Assembly: GCF_009914755.1 (NCBI RefSeq)
Contig: NC_060930.1
Origin: the human T2T-CHM13v2.0 reference genome, Homo sapiens
Strand: one strand, 5' to 3'
Length of the DNA: 64,000 nt
The notes under the pieces were generated by a model. The model was not told the origin of the DNA. It saw only the letters and a program-made list of their open reading frames with translations, and did no database searches. Shown piece after piece: positions 32,631-46,690 of this stretch. The number at the start of each line of letters is the position of its first letter. Position 1 is the stretch's first letter. The translations under genes and the position numbers were made by a program.

Positions 32631-34726
32631 TTTTTACTTGTAAGCCCCATAGGGAGGTCATTGGTTTGTAGAACCTAGAAAATGGAGTGGCCATTTATTG
32701 TCCTTAGTTATAAGCCTTGGTCTTGGTTCCAGAAAAAATAAGCAAACTCTCACTCAACATCCTGTTACATTTGCTGGCAAAAGATTTAATATTTATTTCT
32801 GAGCAAAGAATAGCAATTGTCATCAAAGCTATTTATACAGTATACTAACCCATTCTATATTTTAATGATATGAATCATTGTAAGTGAATTTATTCTCTCA
32901 AAACCAGTGAAAGACTGCAAATCATAACAGAAACTTTACCCTGTACAGATTAAGTATAAGTTGAAAAAGCTGTGTAAGTATAGTCCCGCCCAATACCTTC
33001 CAAGTTTATCGGTTTGAGCATGGCAATAACTGGTCAGGTTTTGTAGTATCAGTATTATGTGGCTAAAATGCTTCATGTTTGGAAAACTGGTCAATTATTA
33101 AAAGACTGCTATGGCCAGAGGGTGGGTGATTGGGGCATTGCAAAGCTTGGGTTAACTGTAAGAAATTTTGGTTCAATAAAATCAGCCATGATTATAGACT
33201 ATGCAGTTATATTCTTTCATCCAGTCAAAACTCTTTGCAAGCCAAAGCATTCTTTCTGTTTGTTGTCACTGAGTTTTATTTCAGCAGCATTTTGTATTGT
33301 AATGAGTTTTCTCACTTTCAGCTACTGAAATGGAAAAACCCTGAGTTTTAAATTTCATAGCAAAAGAACCAAATTTGAAAATATGAGCAAATTAAACATT
33401 TATAAAATTATTTTGTATAATGGTTAAGGTTTAAACCAAGTGGGAACTATTGAGATTGAGGTAAAAATGAAATAATTTAAGCATGTATGTGAACATCAGA
33501 AAATATTTTTTAATGAGTGTGTGATCTTTTAAGTTTACAAATGTCTCAAATTTAAAAATATTTGACATTTAATAAAGTCCAAGCTGAATGTACCCAATAA
33601 TTTCTCCCCATATTTATTTATTTTTGAACCATATGTAATTTTTTAAGGGGAATGTAATTCACATGTTTTGGACTCATTTGGCTATGTCATCAAAATTCTC
33701 TTTTGTAAGAACTACACTGCATCCAAGTAGACTTTCAGTGTATTTTTTATGTCTTTCTTCCCCTTGTTAAATAAGACCATATTTTTGCTGTGGTAACAAA
33801 TTCAAACACAAATAATTTTTTTATTAATAATTCTGTGGCTCTGAGTGATAGATTATTAAACTAAAAAGTTAATTTCTTCTTATTAAAAATAATCAATTTT
33901 GCTTCTTGTCTGCATTTGGAGAGCATTTCATTAGTGGTAATGATAAACAGGATTTGGTAATTGCAAATATAATCATAAAGGTTTACATAATTATTTTTTA
34001 AGTTATAAACTGAAAGTTCCAAACCTAATCTTACTTTTGACACGTGAAACAGGATCTAACTAGTACTGTTAAGAGTATAGTATGTGTCAGGCAATGGGCT
34101 CAACACTTCACATATAACTTAAAAGAATTTTATTTTTACATCTTTCTGAGGTGAACATTTCACAAAAGAGACAGCCAAGATTCAGTTGGGTTAGATAATT
34201 GCCCAAGGCCATACACAAAAAAGTGGTAAAATCAGGATTTGTATGAAGGCCGTCCAATTCCGAAAGAGATTCTTTGTTGCAGAAAATAGTTCAAACCTGC
34301 GTTGATTACTGTAGCTAAAATAGAAATGTATTATTGTATTATTGATTTTCTTAGAGATTAAATCAATTTGAATAAAAGTCATACTCTTTATATGCTATAA
34401 TTTAAGGATTCAGGATGCCCATGGACGTGAGTATATTTGCCAAAATACATATTATTGTCCTTTAGTTTGACCATTTCTTAAATTTACTTATTCTATACTT
34501 ATTGAGCACCTACTATGTGCAAGTAAGTTATTATTGAAAAAATAATTATAGATTCCTGAATATTCTGTCACAAAAATTCTGCACAGAGAGTACCAATTAG
34601 TTTTAACAGAGAATTAGTCTTAGCAGATAACAATTATTACTACTACCATTACACCACCGTACTACATTGATGTGCTTCAGAGCAAATTTTCTTATCTAAG
34701 AAAGATTTAAAAATTTTTTTTTATAA

Positions 34727-35012
34727 GGCCAGGCACGGAGGCTCATGCCTGTAATGCCAGCACTTTGGGAGACTGAGGCGGGTGGATCACGAGGTCAGGA
34801 GTTCGAGACCAGCCTGGCCAACATAGTGAAACCCCGTCTCTACTAAAAATACAAAAATTAGCCAGCCATGGTGGCATGCGCCTGTATTCCCAGCTACTCA
34901 GGAGGCTGAGGCAGGAGAATCACTCGAACCTGGGAGGTGGAGGTTGTAGTGAGCCGAGATTGTGCCACTGTATTCCAGCCTGGGCAACAGAACGAGACTC
35001 CATCCTAAAAAA
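34727..35012 (+). mobile_element. AluSg-like with almost no A-tail
   Basis: GATCACGAGGTCAGGAGTTCGAG diagnostic; AAAAATTTTTTTT on both sides. Confidence 0.93.
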
Positions 35013-35025
35013 TTTTTTTTTTTTC

Positions 35026-35360
35026 TGTAGTGATTGATAAAGGTCAAAGTTTTGCTGCAGTAAGAAACAGCCCTCACATCTCCATAGCTTAGAACAACAA
35101 AGGTTTATTTCTTGTCCATGCTCTATGTCCAATGCAATTTGATAGCAGTAATAGGGAAACTTATTTTAGTCATTTAGGAACCAATACTGATAGAGGTTCC
35201 ATCTTAACAGATGGGAAAAGCTAGAGAGTTGCTTCTTTTAACAACTGATTTTCCAGAGCTAGTCACATAGCATGCTAAACTTCAATGAGGGCAGAATATG
35301 CAATTACAAAGCAGAGGGGAACCAGAAGTCAGTGAATAGTTTAATGTCTGCTACCGTGCC
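35026..35360 (-). mobile_element. Old MLT1-family LTR fragment
   Basis: GCTTAGAACAACAAAGGTTTATTTCTTG motif. Confidence 0.55.
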
Positions 35361-38300
35361 TAACCTGTCTTTGTTTGTGATAAATGAACTAATTCATTCA
35401 GACATTGTGCTGATTTAGAATTGCTTTGGAAATGAAAAAGAATTAGAATAATTATGTCCAGAATAGATCAAATTTGCTTAATACGCAAGTGCATTTCTTT
35501 ATGTCTTAACTATGTACTTTTTTTTAGCTGTTAAAAGTACAATCTGGGATTTAATTTATCTATTAAATTATTCAATCTGTACACCTGATAAAGTTTCTGC
35601 CAGGGTCACCATATTGTTTTAGTAATCCAGTAGTTGCGTTAGATATTAGATATGTTAGGGAGTAGTTAAATGATCCTCATTTCTACCAGCCATGCTGTTT
35701 CCATCTTCTTCTCTATTACTATTTTCTCTAGTCCACTTTATAGGAATTTTTAAACCCAGCACTTTTCCTCATATGGGCTTATAAATTAATTCTGGGGTCA
35801 AACAAGATCACTGTAGGTACTGAAGCAGAAGAGACAGAGAAATTTTAACCTGGGCTCATCTCTCTGAAATGCAAATCCAAAGCCGCCTATTTTCCCTATG
35901 GCCTTACCATCTGTAGTAAAGCTGTAGGGAAGAAGGCCAGAAAGTTTTTTTTTTTTAAAAAAGATAGATGTTGGAAGCTGTTGGGAATAAGTATTTTTTA
36001 ACCCTGAAGTTTGCTCTATTTTGTTTAAACAGTTTTTCTTTTCTCAGCCATCCTCAGCATTCATTAAAATTTCTAGTACTTAACCGAATTGTTGTACAGT
36101 GTTGGAATTACAGTGTTATTAGGTGAGAAAAATTATTTCATATAAAGTAATGATGGTTTGCCACATTCTTAAGAAAATGTGTTTCTTGATCTAAAAGTCT
36201 TTAGATATCTCGGGTCTAAGGCTCTTTTCCTCCCCTGGGGGAAAGCATCTCTAATATGATAATGTGAGTCAATACTATCAATTTATAAAAATTAAGTCTG
36301 CGATTTTTAATGACTTTTTTTTAAAAAAGATAAAGTACATTGCCTTGAACATAAGTCACTTTATCGTATGGGTTGTAAGTAATAAAAGCATTGTTTGTAA
36401 GGAATAAATTCAGATGTGAGAGCGTTGGCAAATGGGCAAATATTTGTATAAATGGTTAACAAAATAAGATTAAAAATTCAGATAAAGCATGTGAAGGAAA
36501 ATGATGGTATTTGTACATTCTCTTTCTTTATACGTAGTTAAGTAATTATTATTTTATTTCCCTCCAACTTCAATGCACAAGAAAGCATTAAAAGCTTCCA
36601 ATGAGATTTAAGAAAAATTAAATGACCTAAAGAAAGCTATAAATAACAAACATGGAACTACTTCCTTCAGATTGTTCAATTTAATTATTTTCCTCGGAAA
36701 ATAAACTGTAGACATATGACCTTGTAGTTGTATTCATTTTATTGTTTATTTGCTGCTGTATGGAAACCAGACCTCACACCAGTTTAATACTGAGGTGCTT
36801 GGCAATTGTTTACTTGAAAGGGTCATTCTGAAAATACTTGTACTAAAATAACTTGTCATTATATTCAATTAAAGATGACTAGTGCAATTTAATTATAATT
36901 ACATTCTTCATATTTATCATACTCTGGAAGTTTAAGGAAATTTTCTAAACTCAGTAGATTTCTCAATGGCCCTGGATGGTTGGTATAGTAGGTAGACTCA
37001 GATTTCTCTTTTTCCTCTTAACGTTTTTACTTTAAGATCTACTGTGCTCAAAACTTTTTGAACATTAGCAGTGAAGTGATATTACTTTGAGGTTTTAAAG
37101 TTAGTTCTGTCACTGTCACCTGTTTTCCTAGTTTAGTGGTGAAAAGAGAATATTATTGATACCATAAACAAAGACATTTTATTCTGTGGTGAGGTAGGCA
37201 ATTACTTACACCATGATTTGTTAACTCCTGGGAGTGTTCACTTCTCCGCAAATCTCTGTTTTTGATTGGTTGCAGCCTAGCATTTTGTGATTTGTCTTTC
37301 ATCCCTTTGGTCATGGTTTTGTTCTGTGTTGAGAGACAAATAGCTTATGAGAACAGGACATTTGCAACTTAGCCATTTCTACCTCTTAGTGAATGCATTG
37401 AAAAAATCCTTTCTATGTTTTTTACCAATGAGAGAAGAACATAAGGTTTGTCATGGGTAGAGTCTAGTGGAGAAAGCAAATAGCTCTGCAGAAATAATGA
37501 GAAAGCCAGTAGGAAGTGCTTTTTGGATTTAACCTAGGCCTTCCCTTAATTTTCCTGGATAGATTTAAATATGTGGGACAGTGTTGATCTAACTTTTTTC
37601 CAAACCAGTAAAATACGTTTTTCAAATATTTCAGTATCTTGCTTTTTGATTCCCTTCAGCTACGCAGTGACTATATTATTTCTAAGTGAACCACCTTTCA
37701 ATTTTCAGGGAAATGGATCTCTTCAATAGTCTACACAAAGATTGTAAGAGACTGGCCTGACTAAACATTACAAGTCACTAAATATGAGGATGCAGATATA
37801 ACGTTACACACGTTTATAATCCAACTGCTAACCAAATATTTGCTGATTTCTTAAAGGAAATGTTAGCCTTGAAACTTTCTTCCAGAGTTAGAGTTAGACA
37901 TTGGTTTTTAGCTGCTTAAAGATATATACATAGCAAATAGCAGTACTAATTTTCACCTGCCACTTAAATCCTAAAGCAACCATTTCTCTGTCACACCCTT
38001 AGAGCAGATGAAGCAGAGAATGTGAACTGGGGGAAGACATCTTGGATGCTTATTTTGTGGGTATCATTAGCTGCTCTGAGGAAGCAGCATGAGACCCTGG
38101 GAAGCAACTGCAGCACTAACCAGACTTTCCAGATGCTCTTGAATATTCTCACCCCTGTGCTAGAAGGAAAAGAGCTTTTTGGAACCCGACCACTTTCTGC
38201 AGCTTTTGCAGCTGCTGTGCCTGAGGAGCAGAGGATGGAGCTGGGACAAAGTCTAGTTGCAGGAGCTATAAGGAAAACACATTTCCTTTCATAGGGCTTT

Positions 38301-38579
38301 GAGTAATTCTGTGAGGAAAAAAAGGTCTCTAATTTTACCTTATTTGAATATTTCTAGGGATTATACAATTGGACAATTATGGAATTGGAAGATTCCTCAG
38401 ATGTCTGACTCTCTAGTTTTGTAGGCAAGAGAATTAAGATCCAAAGAGGGTAAAGAATTGCCCGACTGTGGAGCCAAGTTTGCGTAGGGGCTGATGATTT
38501 AGTCTTCATTGATTTTTGAATAATTTTCATTTAGAAAAGAGTCTTAATTGGCAAACACAGGAATTTGGGTTCTCTACCA

Positions 38580-38619
38580 TGTTATGTTATGCTATGTTAT
38601 GTTTTGTTGTGTTATGTTA
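38580..38619. repeat. (TGTTA)n microsatellite
   Basis: About 8 degenerate copies. Confidence 0.85.
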
Positions 38620-39537
38620 CATTACCACATTATGATTCATGCTATTATAATGCTCGATTGTTGAAAGCAAATAAAATATCATTTCTGGGGCTGTTCTCAC
38701 AGTCTAGAGTTCACACAACAATTAATACCTGCTTTTCCAACAACAGAGCTACTTTCTTTTCCTTTTCTAAAAAAGTTCCTCGTGGCATTAAACATTAAGT
38801 AGAGCTTAAACAAGAAGCAGAGTGTTATGGTCCCTAAAATGTGGTTCTCCTCTCTTGTCAATACTTGTCCCAGAGTGCACACATAGGTCTTTGCCAGAGA
38901 CATTCGCCTGCTGGGCTCTTACGCAAATGGCAGATTGAAGGGTAGCGTGATTGTTCTAGTTCCTAATGCCGTATCACATACTCTGAGTCCTTGGTTCTCT
39001 ATTAGACCTCAAGGAATGACTTCATGTCTTGTGGTTTGGGGTCCTACGTATTTAGTTCTGCTTGCTTTTCCTGTTCTCTCCCTCCAGTCAGGCTTCTCAC
39101 CACTCAGCCTGCTCTTTCCCGTTCACTGAGAGAGTGAATGTATCCTTCTCTTGTCTCTATTTCTGCAAAAGTTATCCTTTAAAATGCTTCACTATGATAG
39201 ACTATTTTATGTCTTTGCAATGAAACAGTTGAATCTCACATTTCCTGTTATCTTGTTAATATTATCAGAACTACATTAATGAGAATTGGTAAAATAACCT
39301 CATTTGCTTAATCTCAGCATTAGTATAAATTCAGAGGGTTTTGCTCTTTTTTAACAACCTGACACAATTTAATTACAAGTTAAATTATTGATTTTGCCTT
39401 TATTTAAATAGCTCCAACTATTGCTACAAATGACAACCCATTTAAGATTGACAGTTCAAAGGTACAGCCAGTTACCCTTATAGAAATTTTTATTTTACCC
39501 TAAAGTCATGGTGAATTGATACTCTTTTGAGAACTGT

Positions 39538-40178
39538 TTATGTTTTTTTGTTTTTAATCATTACAACTTCTATTTTAGATTCAGTGAGTACATGTGCAGG
39601 TATGTCACATGGGAAGACTTTGTGATGCTGAGGTTTGGGGTATGGATGATCCCATGACCCAGTAGGCAGTACCTCAGCCCTCCACCTCCTTGCTCTCTTC
39701 CCTCTCCAGCAGTCCCCGGTGTCCATTGCTTTCATCTTTTTTCCATGTGTACACCATGTTTAGTTCTCACTTATAAGTGAGAACATGTGGTATTTGGTGT
39801 TTTCTTCCAGTCTTAATTTGCTTAGGATGATAGCCTCCAGCTGCATCCATGTTGCTGTAAAGGATATGATTTTGTTCTTTTTTACGGCTGCATAGTATTC
39901 CATGGTGATGTACCACATGTTCTTTATCCAAGCCACTGTTGATGGGTACCTAGGTTGGTACCTAGGTATGATAGATTGATTCCATGTCTTTGCTATTGTG
40001 AATGGTGGTGTGATGAACATAAGTACATGTGTGTTTATGGTAGAATGATTTATTTTCCTTTGGGTCTATACCCAGTAATGGGATTGCTAGATTAAATGGT
40101 AGTTCTGTTTTAAGTTCTTAGAGAAATCTCCAAACTGCTTTCCACAGTTACAAGACTAATTTATATTCCCACCACAGT
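39538..40178 (-). mobile_element. 5'-truncated L1 (L1PB/L1MA-like 3' end)
   Basis: ORF2 C-terminus MEYYAAVKK...HMFSLIS in ORF 39760-40020 plus 3'UTR. Confidence 0.85.
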
Positions 40179-40968
40179 TCTGACAGTGAACTAGAACAGC
40201 AGCTACCTTTTCTCCTTGGCACTGTGAGGAAAGACATTTTTAACTAAAGATTTTGAATATTTGTATTCAATCTTGCTCAGAGGGAAGCTTATATAAATCT
40301 TTAAAAGCAGAAGCCCTGTTTTAGTTCAAATCTGAAAAAAGGAAAGTTAACTTCCCCTCTCTCTACCCATCCCCCACATCCTCCTCTTCTAGGTTCTTGG
40401 TCTTTGGTCCTTGACAGAAGAAATCAGAATACAGTTTAAAAAGCATAATTTTAAACCACTAAACAATTCACACAAGCACCCTCAAAATTTGAAGTGGGTT
40501 ATATTCCAAAAAAAAAAACCCTGTAAATTAATTGTTCAAAGCCCAGAATTTATTACCTCTTAAGATGTTTCTGGTTGGAGAGTAAATTGGTATAGCATTT
40601 TGAGGGAAGAACTTGATAATGGAAATCAAAATTATTTTTCTACTCTAATAAGAGTCAGTAATTCCACTCTTGGAATTTATCTCTTAAAAATAAATAGAGA
40701 AATGTCCAAAATGTATGTGTAAGTATGTTGATCACAGTGGTGAATGAGATAGTGAAATACTGAGAACAATCTAAATGCCAGATGGTAAGGCCATATTAAT
40801 ACAAATTATGATGCATTAGTTCAGTGGAACACTAAGCAGCTTTAAAAAATTGTTATATAGTTATACCTTCTTTGTGCTTGGCATGGAAATGCGTCCATAA
40901 TATAATAAGTAATAAGCTAAATTGAAGGCCGTGTATATGCTTTATAATACTATTTTGGATTTCACATA

Positions 40969-41005
40969 TGTGTGTGTGTGTATGTGTATGTGTGTGTGTG
41001 TGTGT
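40969..41005. repeat. (TG)n microsatellite
   Basis: Direct observation. Confidence 0.9.
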
Positions 41006-42494
41006 ATTAATATAAACTCTGGATGAATGTTTACCAAAATATTCAGTGATAATTTATACATGGTAGAATTAGAAATAATTTCCAAATTATTTTGCCATCT
41101 TTGTGCATTTCTTATTTTAAAATAATAGATGTGATACTTACATAGTCAGAAAAAGCAATGGTGTTAATGGTGTTATTTTTGGCATTTTTATTAATAAAAG
41201 ATTGTTATATTGCTATAAGTTTTCATATTAGCCTGTTATTTCACATAGAGAATAAAGAAAGTGTTACCAGTAGACTTATTTGTCCACAGAAAGTACACTT
41301 CTTCCCTTTTGCATTCTGAAATGAAATCTTGAATCTTTTGAGCTTTCAATTCTGTGCCCACTCTAAGGCTATAGGTGGGTTGAGGCTGAGAGGGACCGTA
41401 GGCCGCTCTTGGTGACAGCTGCTATGGTGGAAGGGGGCACTTGGCAGGGGTCCAGGGAGCAGGAAACCTCCAGTGATGGGGATGAGGTCATTCAAAAGTC
41501 ACATGTTCTTGAGACACAGGCTGCGCGTACTAAACATCACCATAAAGTGATATCAGCCCTAAATTAAAGTAGCAGTTATTCATTTTTTATCTGAATCCCT
41601 AAGTCTTGTTCCATGAAACCAGGGAAGGGCTATTTGAAAGCATACTTTCTAGTACAGCTCTCACTGGCTCGAAAGATGAAACTCTCCTTAGTCATTCCAA
41701 AGCATTACTGCAGTCCAGATGTATAGTTCATATCTTCCAGCAAACGTCTGTGGGAATTATTTCCTCCCATTGGTATTAGATTATATTTTTCCAAGTCAAC
41801 TCTTCCTGGCTGCCCTTCAAGGTTCTAAAGATTTTCTACTGTTGTAGTGTAACTAGTAAGAGGCAAAACCATGAGAATCAGAGGTAAGTGCTTATCAAAG
41901 GAATAGAACCAAGAGGACAAATTCTACTTAAACAATGCCATCCTTAAATGAGAGGTCAGTGGTTTGTATGTTTATAGGAATGTATCTAATCTATATCTGT
42001 ATCTGTGTCTGTCTATATTTATACCTATATCATCAGACATACATATATGTGTGCATGTGAACACACGGCAGAGTTCTTTCAATAAAGTCAAATAAGAAAG
42101 TTAAACTATAGCTGAGTCTATACAAGTCCACAATCTTGATAAAAAGTTTAGCAGTAGTTAATTAAGCTGTTTTTGTGTACACAAACTACCCTGTATTAGA
42201 TGTAATTGGGGAATATGAAATAGTGAGGATGAGGCTATTGAAAGACCTCAGGAGAAGATAAAAAATTTACTATGGAAGTCAGTCTTCCATAGGAAAGACC
42301 TGAAGTGAAAAAGAGTCTTGCTGGAAGATAATACTAGATGTGGCTTATTGAAGAGGAGATGTAAAAAATTCCAAGTAAAGGAACAGTAGAGGAAAAACAC
42401 AAAGGCAGGTTGGCTGTGATTTGTGGGGGATGTCAGGAAAGTTGGTGAGACACAAATATAGGGGTCAGAGAGGACTGGTGAGACTGGTGGGGAC

Positions 42495-42674
42495 ACCGTG
42501 GTTACTTGGGTGAATATTTCCTCATTTTATGGGAATTTCAGGATGTTAATCATCCTTGGCCACTGAGTAATAAAAGGCAGTAGCTCTTTCCAGTCATTGT
42601 GACAACCAAAAATGTCCCACAAATTTCCAAACATCCTCCATGGGATATTTATCATCCTGTCTGAAGAACCACTG
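42495..42674. mobile_element. MER20-like hAT element
   Basis: TTGTGACAACCAAAAATGTC...GAACCACTG. Confidence 0.65.
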
Positions 42675-43668
42675 GGCTAGATAATGAGAGCTTCTGAATG
42701 CCAGGATGAAATGCCAGGATGCTGTCAGGTTTTTTGTGTGAAATAGTTCTGTTTTTATTTTCCTATTTCATTTATGTAAGTGTACGTAAAACTTTACTTT
42801 TCTTAATGGTATTTACAACCCATCCACATCTGTATTATCTGTGGCTAAATTCAATTCAGAGTTAATTCAAATTAATTATGATTCCTATGGCATCCGTTAC
42901 ATACTGCCTTAACCTTAGTTTATTGCTGTTTATAATTATCTTTATTTATAGCAGGTTTGGGTGAAACTTAGGGGAACCAAGGGGTTCATCAACATCTGGA
43001 ACAATTTTTCAAAAATTTCGGATTTTCTAAAACCCAAACATGCTGCCAAGCACCTCTTCCCACCCTCTTTCTCTAAACTTTGAAAACACATATATTTTAG
43101 AGAACAGTGATTCCATGTGTTTTTAATTCATTTTAGTTTGTATCATCAAAATGTTTTTAAAAAGTGATTTGGCATCCAGGAAGCCCATTGAGCCTTTAAA
43201 ATAAATAAACTTTTAACAACTTAAAAATACCATACAAATATATTGAAACAGCAAAAGGATAAAGTTTTCATGGAGACTGATTGAGATTGAAATTTGGCAA
43301 AATTATTTTTCCACATTGATTTATAGTGTTTCATCCAACTTCCAATCCAATCTGGAGAGAATGAATTGAGTTAGTTAATCTTAGAAAAAAAAAACTACCA
43401 TATCAAATTCTCTTCACCAAGACATACATCATTAGGGAGAAAATATTTAAAAATCAACTTGAATCATGGTTTGTTAATTTTTAATATTGGGGATTTTTAC
43501 TATATATCTGGTGATAATGATGTAAGAAACTTTTAGGATAAAATGGAAAATGTGAGAAGTAACAAGGATAATGTAATTTGAGAAGGAAAATAAATTTAGT
43601 TATGAGTTACTTATGATTGTGACAGAAGTCAGTGATTCCTATGATTTGAGAGAAGACTAAAGTTTAGC

Positions 43669-43744
43669 CTCTCTCTGTCTCTTTCTCACACACACACATG
43701 CACATACACACACACACACACATGCACAGAAAGAGAGAGAGAGA
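43669..43744. repeat. Compound (CT)n(CA)n(GA)n microsatellite
   Basis: Direct observation. Confidence 0.85.
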
Positions 43745-44177
43745 ACTATGTAAATATCCTGGTCCATTTATTAAAGTAAATTCCACTACAGCAACTAGAC
43801 TGAGGCAAAAGAGTTAAGTGATATAGAATAGATAACAGTCCTATTTAAGCCTGTCTATTTGAAGTAACTGATGAAAATTTTCAAGAGGATTACAGAGATG
43901 ACTTTTGAGCATTTGAAAGTAAGAACTCTGGAGTTACTCTAAAGAATAGAGATAAACATTATTTAACAAAGTTGTGAAAAATGTCAAATATTATTGGTAT
44001 GGTAATGGAAATTTAAATGAAATACCATTTTTTACTTCACATTAGAAAAGATGTTTATCTGAAGAATATCTTATGATCTCCCACATTATTCAAGGTCTCC
44101 AACAGGAACATTCATATGCTGCTGATAAAAATGTAAAATAAATTTGAAGATGCATATTGAGTCTAAAAATGTTAATG

Positions 44178-44699
44178 CAGTAGTCCTTCCTTATCCAAGG
44201 TTTTAATTTCTGTGGTTTCAGTTACCCTTGGTCAACCACAATCTGAAAATATTAAATGGAAAATTCCAGAAATAAACAATTCATAAGTTTTAAATTGTAA
44301 GCCATTCTGAGGAACATGATCAAATTTCTGCCATCCCATTCTGTCCTACCTGGGATGTGAATAATCCCTTTGTCTAGTGTATCCACCCTGTAGACACTAC
44401 TTGTTAGTTACCTAGTAGCCGTTTTGGTGTCAGATTGACTGTTGTGATATCTCAGTGCTTGTGTTCAAATAACCTTTATTTTACTTAATAATTGCTTCAA
44501 AGTGCAAAAGTAGTGATGCTGGCATATTGTTATAATTTTTCTTTTTTTTAATAGTTGTTAATCTTTTACTGTTCCTAATTTTTATATGAAACTTTATCAT
44601 ATGTATGTTCGTATAGGAAAAAACAGTATATATGGGGTTCTGTACTATATCTGGTTTCAACCATCCACTTATCTCCAGTGGATAAGAGGGGGACTACTG
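44178..44699 (+). mobile_element. MER44 (TcMar-Tigger) element
   Basis: TIRs CAGTAGTCCTTCCTTATCC and GGATAAGAGGGGGACTACTG, followed by TA. Confidence 0.88.
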
Positions 44700-46144
44700 T
44701 AATCTTTAACCCAGTAATTCTACTCTTGAGAATGATTATATGTTGAGCTGAGGCAAAAAAAATGTGAAACAATCTGAGTGTCTAAACATAAGGAAGGGTT
44801 AAACATAATGTCCACACAATGGAAAAATAATGTTTATGAAAGGCTTATGATAAATTAGAGATGTTTATGTAAAGTGCAATACAAAATATGATGGCAGTGT
44901 TTCAAGTTGCATAGAAGAAATATACAATATGCATAGAAGAAACATATGAAGTATAAAAGGAATAGTGATTTTATTCTATTCATTTCATAGCACTGAGTCA
45001 GAACTACTGGCAGAACTCTAGTATTCAATAGTTCCTAGCTTTATTTTAGCAGATAGTAAGTGCTCAGTAAATGAAGGCTATTTTTTATATTAAAGCTCTC
45101 AAATTAATTGCATGTAAAGTTATTTTTCTTCTTTAATAAAAAGGAAATTATTGGGGAAAAAGCAAGACTTTTCTCATAGCATTTGAGAATAAAAGTTACG
45201 TGGTTACCTAATTTTACAAGCTAAAGTTTCAGAAACATAAAGATATTTGAATAGAAAAATCTTCATACTTTAAATTACAATTTGAATTAGTTTTAATAAT
45301 TGTGAAAATTAATTTCTTCACTGAAAGGTAAATTCTTACTATTAACATTTTTACTATGTGTAGTTGGCGTATTGAATTTGAGGGGCAAGTTGCGTGCCCT
45401 AGTCAAGCCAGACTGGACTACCATGGCCAATAGGAGCAAGAAGTCCAGTATATTCCCCTCCAAGGTCCAATTATTTTTCTTTTATACTCTTATGAGTCCC
45501 TATTTTCAGTGGTCTGGAAAGTGGAAGAGAATTCTCTGATTTATTCCTGGTTCAGTATGCCAGCTGTGGCAGAGGGTTCCTGTCTCCAGAGTAGAAGCTG
45601 CCTTCCTGGGCTGTGTTGGAAACAAGAAAGGTGGTGCAGAGTCCACTGTGCAGCAGTCATTCTGAGTTCTGAATCAATCCTGCTTGCTTCTGGAAAGGTG
45701 GACTCCCCCAGTTTCTAGGCTGCCTCTGATTTTAAAAAGAATTCCCCACAAACTTATCAGTGCCTTCAAGGTCAAAGTTCTATCAATTCCTGAGCCAAAG
45801 CATTTCCATGGGGGCAAAGGCTGCCTACAGGAGAGAATCAGGACAAGTTTTGATGTCCATCATCTTTCAGGTGAGTCATGACGATGAGCTGGGCTCCAGT
45901 GGAAATAAGCCAGTGAGTAAGGCTGATTAAGCAGCCAAGCTGTATCCTGAGGGAAACATGGGCAATGGAAAGCATCAGATTTCCTGGGTCAAAGCTATCC
46001 TGAGCTCAGGCACTGGGCTAACTGTCCCAGATTCAGCCCTTTCAGGGGAAGGAATGTAGATTCTTATTTCAGTCTCAAAGAAACTCTGTGCTTTAGAGAA
46101 CTGAGTCTCCAGTGTTTCAACCCTGTCAGCATTCTGCACTACTA

Positions 46145-46224
46145 TTAGGTTGAACTATATGAAATTGTTATTTTTGTAAGTCACCAATGGTTGGATGTTG
46201 GCAGTTTCATAAGGTTCATTCTAA
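46145..46224. mobile_element. MADE2 (Hsmar2 MITE), 80 bp
   Basis: TTAGGTTGAACTATATGAAATTG...CAGTTTCATAAGGTTCATTCTAA flanked by TA. Confidence 0.85.
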
Positions 46225-46280
46225 TAGTTCCTGGGACACAAATGACTCGAAGTAGGTCAAGACAGGTTCAGCACTTGTAC

Positions 46281-46690
46281 TGTGCATGTTAATCTGAGTC
46301 CTCCAAGAAGCAGATGCTAAGATGGAACAAAACAGGCAAGGATTTTATTAGGAGGAAATGCCTGCATGTAAAAGAAGTAGGAAGAGAGTTGAGCCAGTCA
46401 TCAGAATGTGATGCTAGTCTGACCTCAAGTGAAGGAGAGAGGGAGAGGTTGGCTGCAAGCCGCCTAGATTTCTATATCGTCTCAGGAAACTTTAGGGGAG
46501 TTCTCTAGCCAAGTCAGCCAAAAAGAAGTCTCACGTCCCCTGGAGACAGGTCATTGGCAGGAAGCAGCCTATGAGAGATGTGGCCATGGCACAAATGCAG
46601 GGATAGGTTTCAGGGAGTGGTGGCTGGGGCCTCAGTCAAACACACTTTTTGTGGTTGGAAGCCCACCAGGTGTATTCTCATGCCTACCAC
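46281..46690 (-). mobile_element. ERVL LTR16-like solo LTR
   Basis: GAAGCAGATGCTAAGATG...TTTATTAGGAGG; ends CTACCACA; family is tentative. Confidence 0.55.

Noticed and set aside
32984-33030. GC box, CCAAT and RFX-like motifs as a promoter
   Set aside because: Short motifs in AT-rich, CpG-poor DNA are insufficient support.
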